Shown here piece after piece: positions 49,466 to 59,614 of a stretch of 64,000 nucleotides of DNA. Below the pieces are notes generated by a model. That model did no database searches and was not told the origin of the DNA. It saw only the letters and a list, made by a program, of their open reading frames with translations. This DNA is from Lingula anatina (lineage: Eukaryota; Animalia; Brachiopoda). Made by a program: the position numbers and the translations under genes. Position 1 is the stretch's first letter, and each line of letters starts with the position of its first letter. The DNA lies in NCBI GenBank assembly GCA_051362555.1, contig CM120643.1, positions 26,850,848 to 26,914,847 on the forward strand, in the 5' to 3' direction.

Positions 49466-52400
49466 CATTTTACCGGCTATTGTCTGCTCGAATTTGGGGA
49501 TGTTAATTGATATTTTTTTTTACTCTCAATATCGGCTCTCGTTGGAAAATGGCACTACACATGAATCGGCCGATACATTGCTTTTAAACCAATTATACAT
49601 CAGCTCTACATAGATAATACAATCTTGAAAACGATAACAAGTATAGACAAACGCCAGAACCCGTTTTAATGAGGTAACAGGAAAAAGATACTAAAAACCC
49701 GAAACAAATTTCCACGTGTTGACGCAAGCCTATGTGCTCACAACTGCAAGATGGCGGCAATGCTGTACCATAGCAACCACGAGGGACCGCGAGAAATTGC
49801 GTTATCCATGCAAAAGAACAAAAGAAATTCACTGAGGCATAGCGCGCGCTACCTTGATAATAAGCTGTTCAGGCTCCCGTGAAGATATTAAAACAGCTTA
49901 TTTGAGACAATAGACGAATGTTTACCCGAACGCACATAGCTTCAAAGGAAATGCCGCGTTTCACGTCCTTTCGTTAATATGTCCAAGGGTAAATACAATA
50001 ATCTGCCCATTTACCGGTACATTATACGCGTACCTACATTATAGTGCAAATGACAGAGATGCTTGCTCATTCTTAAGTGCTCTTGAAGTGATGTGATCGT
50101 TAAAAAAGGTTAAAAATAATCAAAACCAGAAGAAAACGAGTGTTGGACGTCACATTATGGCTGTGAGTAATCTTCATGGCAACTACATCTGCTCTTGCAA
50201 TAAAGGTTTTGTCCTTGCCGCTAACAAGAAATTCTGCAACTCTGTGTCAAAGATGTCGTTTAACTCGAAAACTTTCTTTGTTCAATTCATTTTTTTGTAA
50301 TTTCTCGTTATGCATTCATAAGGGTCAACATTTTTGCCTAAGGTTGTAGTTCCAACAAGAAAAGCACTCCGAGAGCGCAGACCTCCTCCAAGGCAGCGAA
50401 GTCTCCACCCAATGCCGTTTCACCCCTAAATTTTCATTTTGTAATAATTTAGTTTTTTGATTATTGATTATTGATTTACTATTGATCCAGATCACCACCA
50501 AAAACTAATCACTCTGACCTACCCTGAAAATTCCATCGAAACTCATTCATAACTTTTTGAGTTATGTTGATGAAAGACAGACAGACAAACAAACGGGCGA
50601 AAACATAACCTACTTTGCGGAGGTAATAACTCCATCTAAGGAAGGTGAAAAATAATATTTTAACATGTTTTACTTTTTTCCAGATGTTGACGAGTGCAGT
50701 AACGGGACTCATGCCTGTGATCACAACTGTCACAATACACGTGGTAGCTACACATGTTCATGTAGAAATGGGTATGAACTGGCGTCCGATGGACGTGGAT
50801 GTATAGGTAAATAGTATGATATTAAGCTTGCGTGTCACAGTGCACAGGCAGGGGCGTAACCAGACCTTTAAAAATTGTACGCACAGATTTTTAAAATTCC
50901 CAGCAAAATGTAGACTAACACAAGAGAGATGTACCACACATCGCAGCTTAATTTCCATTAATAAGAAAATCATCATTAAGTCAGAAATATTCTCGCAATT
51001 AAAAAAGTTTCAGTATTCTTATTACCCAGAACGGTATATTTATTTAAAAGGAGGCTAGCTTCGCATATGTGGAGCCCCCTTCGAAAAATCCTGGATCCAC
51101 CTCTGAGTTGAACTAACATACGGTTTCATTCACCTTACATGTGGATGCATGGCTCCCTAGAACAACCAATTGTACGACACGACAGAGCTCTAATACATCT
51201 AAGTTTAATTATTTGTTTGTAAAAATTGCCCATGTCACCTTGTTAGTTTGGAGGGGTAAGTTGGGTCAAGTCCGTGTCAAAATTCTTTGAAGCTTTGCAG
51301 GAAAAATTCTTCCTTTGTTTCTCTAGCTCCTTCTTAAACCTGGTGTCCAGATTTTATCTAGTGCCCCCAGGGTTGCGGGAGCTGCTCTTTGAAAATAACA
51401 CTCAGGCAGATTTTTACCTGAGATAAATATTGCCAGCGAGAATGCATTCGATATTCTCAAGAAAGAGGGTACAGAAGAGTTGAGGGCCACTGAACCCTCC
51501 AATATTAAGAGGTAAAGGAAGTTCCAGTTAGATGGACGATTAAGATAGGACTTGTTAAGGTTACAGGCATTGTTTACCTCAGTTTGCAAGACGGGGGGAG
51601 GGGGGGGGGGGGGTCAGAACAATTGTGCCTATACAGTTGATACAGAGGATATGTGCATACAGGTGACTTTAATAAGCAGAGGATTTTCTTTTATATTCCG
51701 TGAAAAATACACTAAATTTATATAAAATAAAATCATGGTTGGCCAAAAAATTGTACGCACAGTGCATCCGTGCGTATGCCTAGTTACGCCCATGCACAGG
51801 TCAGTGGCTTGCTTTATAAATATTTTTGTGGTGAACATTTTCCAATGTAGTAGTATATGCTAGATGCAATTTTGATCTTAGTAAATGATAAAAGCAAATG
51901 TCTTTTCCAATAAAACCGATGGATTTTGTAACATTTGGTCAAATTAAACGGATCCACTTTTTTTACTTCTCAGATATTGACGAGTGCAGTAATGGGACTC
52001 ATGCCTGTAATCACAATTGTCACAATACACGTGGTAGCTACACGTGTTCATGTAGAAATGGGTATGAACTGGCCTCCGATGGACGTGGGTGTATAATTAT
52101 TGGTAAATAATATGTATAGGTTAATAATATGCCACTGGACTTAAAGTCATAATAACTCTTCATTTTGGCCAAAAATTGAATTTTCCTGGAGTAAACGGCA
52201 ATTTTCCCGTACTAACCAATGGTCAGCACCCTCAGCTTCAGAGATAACTTGACACTAACCTCTTCACTATAGCCTATCTTCATCGTGTCAAGTTACCTCT
52301 GACCACATTCGATTGCCCCCGCCGCCCGCCAATCAAATTTAAAGCCCGCACTCAATGACTCATTGAACGATCTAGCCAATGAACGCGAACGAATCAAAGC

Positions 52401-54687
52401 GCGCTTTGTTCAAATCCGGACCAATCAAAGATAAGGCTGAATATCAGGGACTTGCCGTAACCTGCGGGCAGCACGCAAAATACATCATCCCTCAGTAGAT
52501 AAGGATGCAGGGCCTCAAACTGCACTGGTTTCAATTCCGATATACTCATATTTTGCAAAAAAACAACAGATAACTTAACACATTATTTTACGTAGTCACT
52601 CGTAGGAGACGCCATGCTTTCTTTGTGTAAGGTTATGCACTCGGAACTACTCGGATGTCTCCGCACTCGACAATAACTTTGTTGTTAGTATGGAGCTTGC
52701 GGAATCAGACGAGGATTACCGATTGACGGTCAACCAATCAGCGTTTTCACCAAACTTTGGTGAAAAATTTTGAAACTTGGATTCGATTGGCTTATATAAA
52801 CTAGGTCAAACTATTTTCGTCAGAGGTAACTTGACACGATGAAGATAGGCTATAGTGAAGAGGTTAGTGTCAAGTTGTCTCTGAAGCTCAGGGTGATGGT
52901 CAGCGACCCCATTCCTGCATTCAAAGTTAGTCCAGGTTTTTTTTCCTAAACGTTTGTTTTTTTTTTTGTTAAAATCTCTTAAGAGATTTTAACTGACGGA
53001 TCCCACTCTGACTTTGCATAGTCACGCGATATCGAGCGATAGTTTTTGGTGACCTACTTAAAACCGCGGGAAAAGCAGACAACAACAACACTACATAACA
53101 ATAATATAAGATTCATAAGATATATTCGTCTTATTGCTTAAAATGCATTTATATCTACAATGTGTGCTATTCTGGGCTTTTCTTTATCCAACGCACTGTA
53201 CAAAAACTCGCAACTTACGTCTGCGTATTGTATCAGGCTTTTCGCGCCAGAAGTTATTTTGGTCTCGAATGAACGCGAGAATCCGCGTGACATCCCAACG
53301 TCATTGGCAACGGATGCCTTAACGACCGGGAAGAAAGGCATCGAAAGCCCTATTGACAAGCACAGGTTTTAGTTTTACTACAATAACGGCCGTTTTAGTG
53401 GTAAATGCAATATAATATAGTTCCATGCGTTGTTTACAATGTATTTCTTGCGGCATTTTGAATCTCAAAGGAAGAGTTATTATTGCATTAATAGATGCAT
53501 TTTATTCTTAGAAGATCATATAGCAAATGTCATTTCCAATACGGCTTATGATTTTGGTAATATTTGGTCACATTACACAATTCAACATTTTTTTTTTTAC
53601 TTTTTCAGATGTTGACGAGTGCAGTAAGGGGACTCGTGTCTGTGATCATAACTGTCACAATACACGTGGTAGCTACACGTGTTCATGTAGAAATGGGTAT
53701 GAACTGGCCTCCGATAGTCATGGATGTACAGGTAAATAGTATTCTCACGGATTAGCGTGTCGCAATGCGCATGTCAGCTGCTTGTTTTGTACATTTCTTG
53801 TGGTGAACATTTTTGTAGGGTAGTATTGTATGCTAAATGCAATTTGTTCTTAGTATATCATAAGATCAGATGCATATCCCAATATGACCGATGGATTTTG
53901 TAACATTTGGTCACATTAAACAGATCTACCTTTTTACTTTTCAGATGTTGACGAGTGCAGTAATGGAACTCATGCCTGTGATCACAATTGTCACAATACA
54001 CGTGGTAGCTACACGTGTTCATGTAGAAATGGGTATGAACTGGCCGCCGATGGACGTGGGTGTATAATTATTGGTAAATAATATTATGTTTATGGACTCG
54101 CCTGCAAGGCAGCGAACATTGTTTGCCGACGTTTAAGTACTAGACTAGAAACTTAACTTGCTGCTATTTGAACTGCCTGACAATCTGCTTCATGGTCATT
54201 CCAGCTTCATGGCTTCCTATTATTTGCCATTCAAACGCCATCTACAAGTTTTCGTGCTGTCATTTTTGGAAAGGCTTTTTAAAAATGCCCCCAAATCGTA
54301 TCCTTCATTTATGGCTCGCAAAAACTGTTATTTATAAGAGGTTGTACTTAATTAGCCTGAACGTCACGCTTATATAATGACAGATATAGTAAACTTAGTA
54401 TACCATACTTGAAGGGTGCATCTGGTAAGCGATGTGCCGTTACTCTGTGCAGATATTATTTTAAGTGTAGGGCCTACTTCTCGTCTTATCATGAACTAAG
54501 TCGATCACCTACCACTTAGGGTTAGTCTCTTCAATCCCCGAAAAGGAGCCAAGGAGTTATAACCCCGTGGTTGAAATCTTTGAGTTTGAAATGATAATAA
54601 TACTGGGTACCGAGTGTAAAAGAAGCAATATATCTTTTAAAAATCGATAATGTAAGGGCATGCACGCACAAGGCATTCAGGCTTTTT

Positions 54688-54732
<45 letters not shown>

Positions 54733-55411
54733 TAAAATAAAAATAAAGAAATTTAAAAAAATTAAAAAAGTAAAATAAATAAATAAATAAAATAATAATA
54801 GTAATAATAAACTGTCCACTGTCCTAATATCAAACCATTGAAAATTGCATTGTATGAATTAGAAAAAAAACTGTTACGTTCTCGTTTATACTTTTACCAT
54901 AGGTCAACACTTGGAGAGGGTACTTGTTGCAGCAACGCCGAGTGATCAGGGTACAGCAACGCCTGTAGGTATTATCACCGGCGTGACATTCGCCGTCATT
55001 GTGGCCGTCGTCCTCATCGCCATTTCGGTTTTCTTTGTATGTCGACGCTATAGGAACAGGGACAGAAGACCAGCGACAGAACGCTCCTCGGCACCAGCTG
55101 TTACCCAGGCGCAGGATTACGACAATGTTACCTATGAAAACACGGAATTCCTGTCAGCATCAAAACACAGAACGGAGAAGAATAGTGATAAGAGGCAACA
55201 TACGGGGCCTTGGACAGTGCAAACCGGTACTACTAATGCCTCGAACCCAGACCAGCCCTATGAAGGCATTCTGGTAAAGGACAGCGAGGAGCAGAATGCG
55301 TACACAAAGTTAATCTTCGGAGGAGAGGTGCCGACACCTATCGGTGAATATGAAACTTTATCAGCCTACCAACGCAGAGCCCAGCAAAACGACTATGAAT
55401 ACTCGGCTTAG
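35564..55411 (+). CDS. Gene C: signal peptide-EMI-NIM/EGF-12x cbEGF-TM-ITAM-like tail receptor, about 790 aa. Exons 35564-35637, 38155-38277, 39879-39982, 40402-40494, 40697-40813, 43087-43203, 43357-43473, 44312-44434, 44673-44795, 46936-47058, 47305-47427, 48260-48382, 50684-50806, 51974-52102, 53609-53731, 53945-54073, 54903-55411
   Basis: Manual splicing with AG/GT sites gives a 2373-nt open frame: [22 protein letters not shown]; HVC...[17 protein letters not shown]...CCPGW (EMI); [29 protein letters not shown] (NIM-type); D(I/V)(D/N)EC...CxNxxGSYxCxCxxGY repeats; TM; tail. Confidence 0.88.
36072..37153. mobile_element. About 1.1-kb non-autonomous TIR element in gene C intron 1
   Basis: Ends CATCCCCAGAAATGC / GCATTTCTGGCCATG; absent from the paralogous gene B intron; second copy at 56881-58037. 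Confidence 0.7.
38155..39982 (+). CDS. Gene C EMI domain (exons 38155-38277 and 39879-39982)
   Basis: [74 protein letters not shown]: EMI Cys pattern ending in CCxG(W/Y). Confidence 0.85.
40402..40494 (+). CDS. Gene C NIM-type EGF exon
   Basis: [30 protein letters not shown] closely fits the NIM consensus CxPxCxxxCxNGxCxxPxxCxCxxGY. Confidence 0.85.
40878..43002 (+). mobile_element. 5'-truncated L2-clade LINE inserted in a (TAT)n tract of a gene C intron
   Basis: RT ORF 41167..42723, 3' UTR ending aataaa(tta)n; the same intron unit without the insert is at 43204-43356. Confidence 0.9.
41167..42723 (+). CDS. L2-like reverse transcriptase (ORF2 C-terminal part, 518 aa)
   Basis: [56 protein letters not shown]. 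Confidence 0.9.
   Translation: MKSMNSKSSALDPVPTHNIKECITVLAPVILKIVNLSFTTGIFPSNCKTAIVRPLLKKQGLCKQVFKNYRPISNLPFLGKFLEKMACIQLNNYLAQNSLYGKFQSAYREGHNTETALLRVHNDIMLSLDKHKDVILVLLDLSAAFDTIDHNILLHRLQYRFGVKDLALNWLTSYLKDRTQNVSIESLLSEPTFLEYGVPQGSVLGPLLFSLYMLPIEDIIVKHGLNTVIFADDTQIYVTSESNRSMAITSIETCLVEIRNWMKTNMLALNDGKTELIWFTSRSKSDSGNAMKSDICIGGVNINPSSYVKDLGVTFDQYATMDRRISEICKSASYSLWRISKIRDLLDKTSTEKLVHAFITSKLDYCNSLLYGLGKNHLNKLQLIQNSAARLVTKMGWNNREHITPVLMELHWLPVRERILFKILCVIFKAVTENKPLYISELMKQHQHGRVTRSSTFSHLLLEHSVLEKKAGKFYGERAFMIYAPKVWNTLPSEIRAAGDIDTFKKLLKTHIFRIAYQ
44878..46730 (+). mobile_element. Penelope-like retroelement (frameshifted RT plus GIY-YIG endonuclease), inserted in (TA)n
   Basis: [43 protein letters not shown], and [18 protein letters not shown] near 46310-46370; flanked by TA microsatellite. 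Confidence 0.9.
46669..46698 (+). ncRNA. Decayed minimal type I hammerhead ribozyme motif in the Penelope 3' end
   Basis: ccCTGAAGA aagaat GAAAC tg GTC gggg: both core boxes, GUC site and a short helix I are present; helix II is not paired. Confidence 0.5.
47783..48205 (-). mobile_element. HINE/DINE-1-like element, copy 1
   Basis: aagaaaagcactccgag...(gaca/aaca)n...aaaacataacc; absent at the matching gene B site (near 25012). Confidence 0.55.
48389..49987. mobile_element. 1.6-kb non-autonomous DNA transposon with 34-bp TIRs and 7-bp TSD GGTAAAT
   Basis: cttggacataataacgaaaggacgtgaaacgcgg / ccgcgtttcacgtcctttcgttaatatgtccaag (1 mismatch); TSD at 48382-48388 and 49988-49994. Confidence 0.85.
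50353..50629 (-). mobile_element. HINE/DINE-1-like element, copy 2 (co-duplicated with the exon unit)
   Basis: Same sequence and same insertion point as 47783-48205. Confidence 0.55.
50849..51794. mobile_element. MITE with CAGGGGCGTAAC / GTTACGCCCATG termini (hAT-like)
   Basis: TIRs as stated, flanking direct repeat cacagg; related left end at 62572. Confidence 0.7.
52227..52895. mobile_element. MITE with about 77-bp TIRs and 8-bp TSD ATGGTCAG (hAT/P-like)
   Basis: caccctcagcttcagagataacttgacac...ctctgac and its inverted copy (2 mismatches); TSD at 52219-52226 and 52896-52903. Confidence 0.85.
54903..55411 (+). CDS. Gene C terminal exon: TM plus tail with YDNV/NVTY/YENT, YEGI, YTKL, YETL
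   Basis: In frame with ORF 54911..55411; [26 protein letters not shown] followed by RRYR. Confidence 0.9.
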
Positions 55412-55505
55412 AAATCATAGTGAGGTCGGGTCAGTAGAAAAAAGCAACAGAGGAGATTTGGGCCTAATTTTTAATTATAATCTGACAAACTAGATCGCTA
55501 TTGAC

Positions 55506-55541
<36 letters not shown>

Positions 55542-55765
55542 GCTTGCGTATGGAAGATGTATTTTTTTGCATCGTCTTACATGTACAAATAATGTGCATA
55601 TACAACTGTATGTATGCTCAAGTAGGAAATCGTGTGCGGAAAGAGAAGATGTCAAGTGTTTAAGTTGCTTGCTTTCCGTAAAATAATGATTAAAACAAAA
55701 TAAAATTGCCCAATTTCAGCTCTACAACCTTTAAGGCAAGCTTTTAATAATTTTCATCTTATGAA

Positions 55766-55771
55766 AATAAA
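55766..55771 (+). promoter_or_regulatory. Probable polyadenylation signal of gene C
   Basis: AATAAA in a context homologous to 6911-6916. Confidence 0.5.
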
Positions 55772-56880
55772 TGTTTATTTATAGATTTTCATCTCTTCTT
55801 TAAATTTTTGCTACATCTCCCCCCCTCCTAAACAATACAAATACTACACGTTCCAATATGGTCCGATTATTGAGAGGGGAATATTTTCCTGTTTATAGTA
55901 GGCCTATGCTTTAAAGACTGCACTGGAATGTAAAAATATAATTCCTTATCACATGCCTACTGTACCGTCTATGGTATTCAGTATGCGTTAGACTTTTATT
56001 TAGCATAAAATCAATTTTATTGAAAATTTCAGCAGGTTTCCCTTTATCACTAAGGCATAGCCTGTCTACTGATACATGCATGAATGCGGATAAATACCAC
56101 CAATAAATTAGTAGAGCACAGGATTAAAACTACTGCGCATATGCGAAGAGTGTAATTTAATTTGCCTTCTTGTGTCGTTTTGGTAAATTATATTAGAAAT
56201 GTTATGTTGATTTTATGTATTTTAAAAAAAGTAAAGCCATCGGACTTTCCTTAGAATAATATTTATTTTGCCTTTATTGTAAGGGATTCCTTTTTTATTT
56301 AGAGTGTTGTATGTAGCCCCAATGGAATTTCCACCCACCCCCACTCTTGATAAGGAACATACTCTTCATGGCTACGGTGAATGTTACTACAAAATGCACT
56401 TGAAAAAGTAAATGTAGGAAGGTTTATTTCAGATAATTCATATCAGAAAACCCGTTTTCATCCGCGATATAAGACATAAGATATTAAACTTGAAATTCTG
56501 CGGTACGACCGACTATTTAATATCTCGAAAGCGAGGCAATGGCCCTCAACAACGCAAAACAATTTATAGCCTCGTAAAAACTGAAGTTTTGTTGTAAAAT
56601 CTCGAATCGGCTAAATCAAAATATTTCTTGATTATTATTGGAATCTTAAGTTATAATAAATAAAATCTCACATCATAAAAAACCCTCTGTTGTTGGCCTA
56701 TTTATTAGCTTAATTGATATTTTTTTAGAATTTGGAGGCTAAAAACACCAGAGTTGTCTGGTTCTTATATCGAAGCACAATGTTTTGTTCGTGTGCTCTA
56801 TGTATAACCTTCAGTCGTTTCCGCCAACTCTCATTAGAAAACTTCTGCTATTGCGCACTTTGCAGCTCATTTGGCAGACT

Positions 56881-58037
56881 CATCCCCAGAAATGCACTGC
56901 ATGACGTCACGCCTAGCCCACTGCGCATGCGTTCATTTTTAATGAGTTGCTAGATTGCCATAGGAAAATGAATGGGTTCGCAATTCGTGGGTAATTCGTG
57001 ATAATTGACAAACTAACGGCCTGATGCCGATAGACAGCAACGCTGTGCTATGCTTCAAGCAACTCCTGACCAAATATTGCTAGGGTTTTAAAAAAAATTC
57101 TGTTGTACACACCTACTAAGAAGTTTGCCGTGCATTGCCTAGCCTACCCTCAGCAAAACGCAAATATTTTCAGAAATAGTAATTTTAGACGGTAGATTTA
57201 CTCAGAAACAAAGGCAAACTAATTCGTTGCCGATAGCACCAGCAGATGGCAGCACCATACAGAGTCTGATTAAAAACTTTCATGGCAATTGAAGAACTTT
57301 TACCACTGTACAATGGAATCCAAAAACAGCACTTGGCACAAATGTAAAACTGCCCAGTGCAAGGCCAAGGATTCAATCAGTATTTTCAATCACATTATCA
57401 GATTCTACATAAACCGACTGACAATATCACTATTTAATTAATCTCCTAATCCAAAATTCCTTTCATCATTTAGCAATTATGCCAAATTCTTCTTTCAGAT
57501 TGCTATTTATTTTAATTTTTAATGCTGCAACTGTTCCAAAATAATCTTGTGGTAAAGGAAAAACGCAAAAAAGAAGTGGAAGACCAATTTTTCCCAAATT
57601 ATTCATTTATTTGAATATAAAAAGAATAAGATCACGATTGAACAACTTAAAATAATCTTTCATGAACTCTTTCATGAATAACATATTAAACAAAAATAAA
57701 AGTTATAAATTAGTGGTAATGGCTTATTCTTGAATATATAACCTCTGCACATCATCAGTACCTGACTTGGTACAGTATAGTTACTACTTGGATACAGAGT
57801 TAGATTTAATTTTAAATGTAACAATAAGAACAATATATATTACAATAAACTCCTCTGCACATGTCAGACGCTTGTTACCGTGAACAAACACTACTTGACA
57901 ACGGGCTGCTCCTCCAGCACTTATCACAGAGTCTATGTGCGATGCCATTGTTGTGCTGTGATTGTCCAGTTGAGTCACGTGAAGCCCTACTGTAGCGCCA
58001 TCGCGTATCGCGTGAATGCTGCGCATTTCTGTCCTTG
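56881..58037. mobile_element. Second copy of the CATCCCCAGAAATGC element, upstream of gene D
   Basis: Highly similar to 36072-37153 but in different flanking sequence. Confidence 0.7.
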
Positions 58038-59308
58038 TTTTACAGGCTAGAGGGGCGGAGAAAAAGATCATGAAATTTGAAGAAGATGCAGTTTAAATAC
58101 TCTATTCAGTTGTTGACTGATTTATTTGGCATGTGGACTTTATTTGAGTTGTTAAATTTTTTTGTGTAGGGATTAATTTACATGCGTTACAGGGAATCTA
58201 CCCTCACTTCATTCGTAACTTTAACAAAAACTATATAGTGACACTTGACAAATCACATGACGTGCAGCAGTGGAGCAGTTTGTGAAGTATGATTCAAAAG
58301 CCATTTTTTTCGTGAACCCCTGGCCATTCTTGTCTACCCCTCTGATAAATGTTTCATCCGCCAATTTTATATATTAATGCACAAGTCAATATTTTCCATC
58401 GTCTTTTACCCTTGGTAGGTCGACCACTCTGTAAAAAGGAAGTTTGCTTAACAAATGACTTCTTCTTTAGGCCTGGGTAAATGTTATAAGGTAAACCGCC
58501 AACAGGCAGTGATAGTTGCTTAGCAGAAGAAGGATTAATTCAAATGGAAACCAAACATGCGGTTATGTGTACTTATTTGTTTAGTCAATATGTCGATGAT
58601 ACATGACTGTGTTGTCTCGGCAGATCCAGGAGAGAACACAAAATGCATTGGTGACATATCCCTTTTATCTTCTTTCTTTCCCCCATAAAATAAGATAAAA
58701 TATTGAACGAAACAAACCTAATCTCATTTCCAGTCCTGTGTCCCATATATAGGTAATCATACCTATATATATATATATCAGTATAATCACCCTTGCCTTC
58801 GGTTTTATATTTGGCTAGCAAAACGGGCAAAATATTATCATTGACCCCCCCCCCCCCCCCCCCCCCCCCCCGAATAAAAATCCAACAAGCGCGCGTTGTA
58901 ACGTGACAGAGAGTCCCCCATAACAGAGGGTCCGCTTCCCATCCATTTGTACAGGTGAGCCTCGCCCTAGATTTTGACCCACGTAGGTCAGACTAACCCT
59001 AACCATTATAACTATATGGAGGGCGGACTTTCTGTTACACAGACCCTCAGTTTCGTTACATCGGCTTTCCTTGTAGATGTCTGGCACGCCACTGAACCCA
59101 CTGAACAATAATTATTTACCTCCTAGCAGCTTCAGTAGGCGTGGCAGTCACCTAAGCCGCTCAAGTTGACATAAATTTAGCGAAAAACCCCTTGGAGATA
59201 GATCGATCCAAAGTTTGACGATAGGATCTGGGAATAGTCACTAAGGGGTTTGTAAAACGCCACCTTGACCTCACCGAATGCAAGCAGGATTAGGCTGACA
59301 TTAAAAAA

Positions 59309-59420
59309 TGAGTTGACGCACCTGAAATTCAGGACTTTGATAACCGATAACAACCCACCCTGTATAAACATAACATCAAATGTATCTAAATTATTTTTCT
59401 TTAATCAAATATGATGTCAT
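59309..59420 (+). promoter_or_regulatory. Conserved proximal upstream block of gene D
   Basis: gagttgacgcacctgaaattcaggactttgataaccgataac...tgtataaacataacatcaaatg. Confidence 0.5.
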
Positions 59421-59540
59421 TTCAGGGCTTTTAACGGCTCGCCTTGAGTGTAAGTAAAGGTGGATGAATATGTCAGAAAAGTTGTTGTTCCGACATTCAT
59501 TTAACGTGCTGCAGACGCTTGACGGGGGTGAACCGTGAAA

Positions 59541-59614
59541 ATGGCTGCCACCAGACTTAGTCTGTTAATGCTTATACTGCTTCAGCAACTGGGGGATGTC
59601 CACACTTTGACAGG
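59541..59614 (+). CDS. Gene D exon 1 (signal peptide); gene presumably continues beyond the window
   Basis: MAATRLSLLMLILLQQLGDVHTLTG, 74 nt, phase-2 donor gtacgt, same ccgtgaaaATGG context as genes B and C. Confidence 0.8.

Noticed and set aside
47305-54073. Regularly recurring ~123-bp near-identical repeats with unique spacers
   Set aside because: These are duplicated cbEGF exons with splice sites, not a CRISPR array or satellite.
6130-55411. ITIM or paired inhibitory receptor among the tails
   Set aside because: None of the YxxL/I/V motifs has I/V/L/S at the -2 position, so there is no support for an inhibitory partner in this window.
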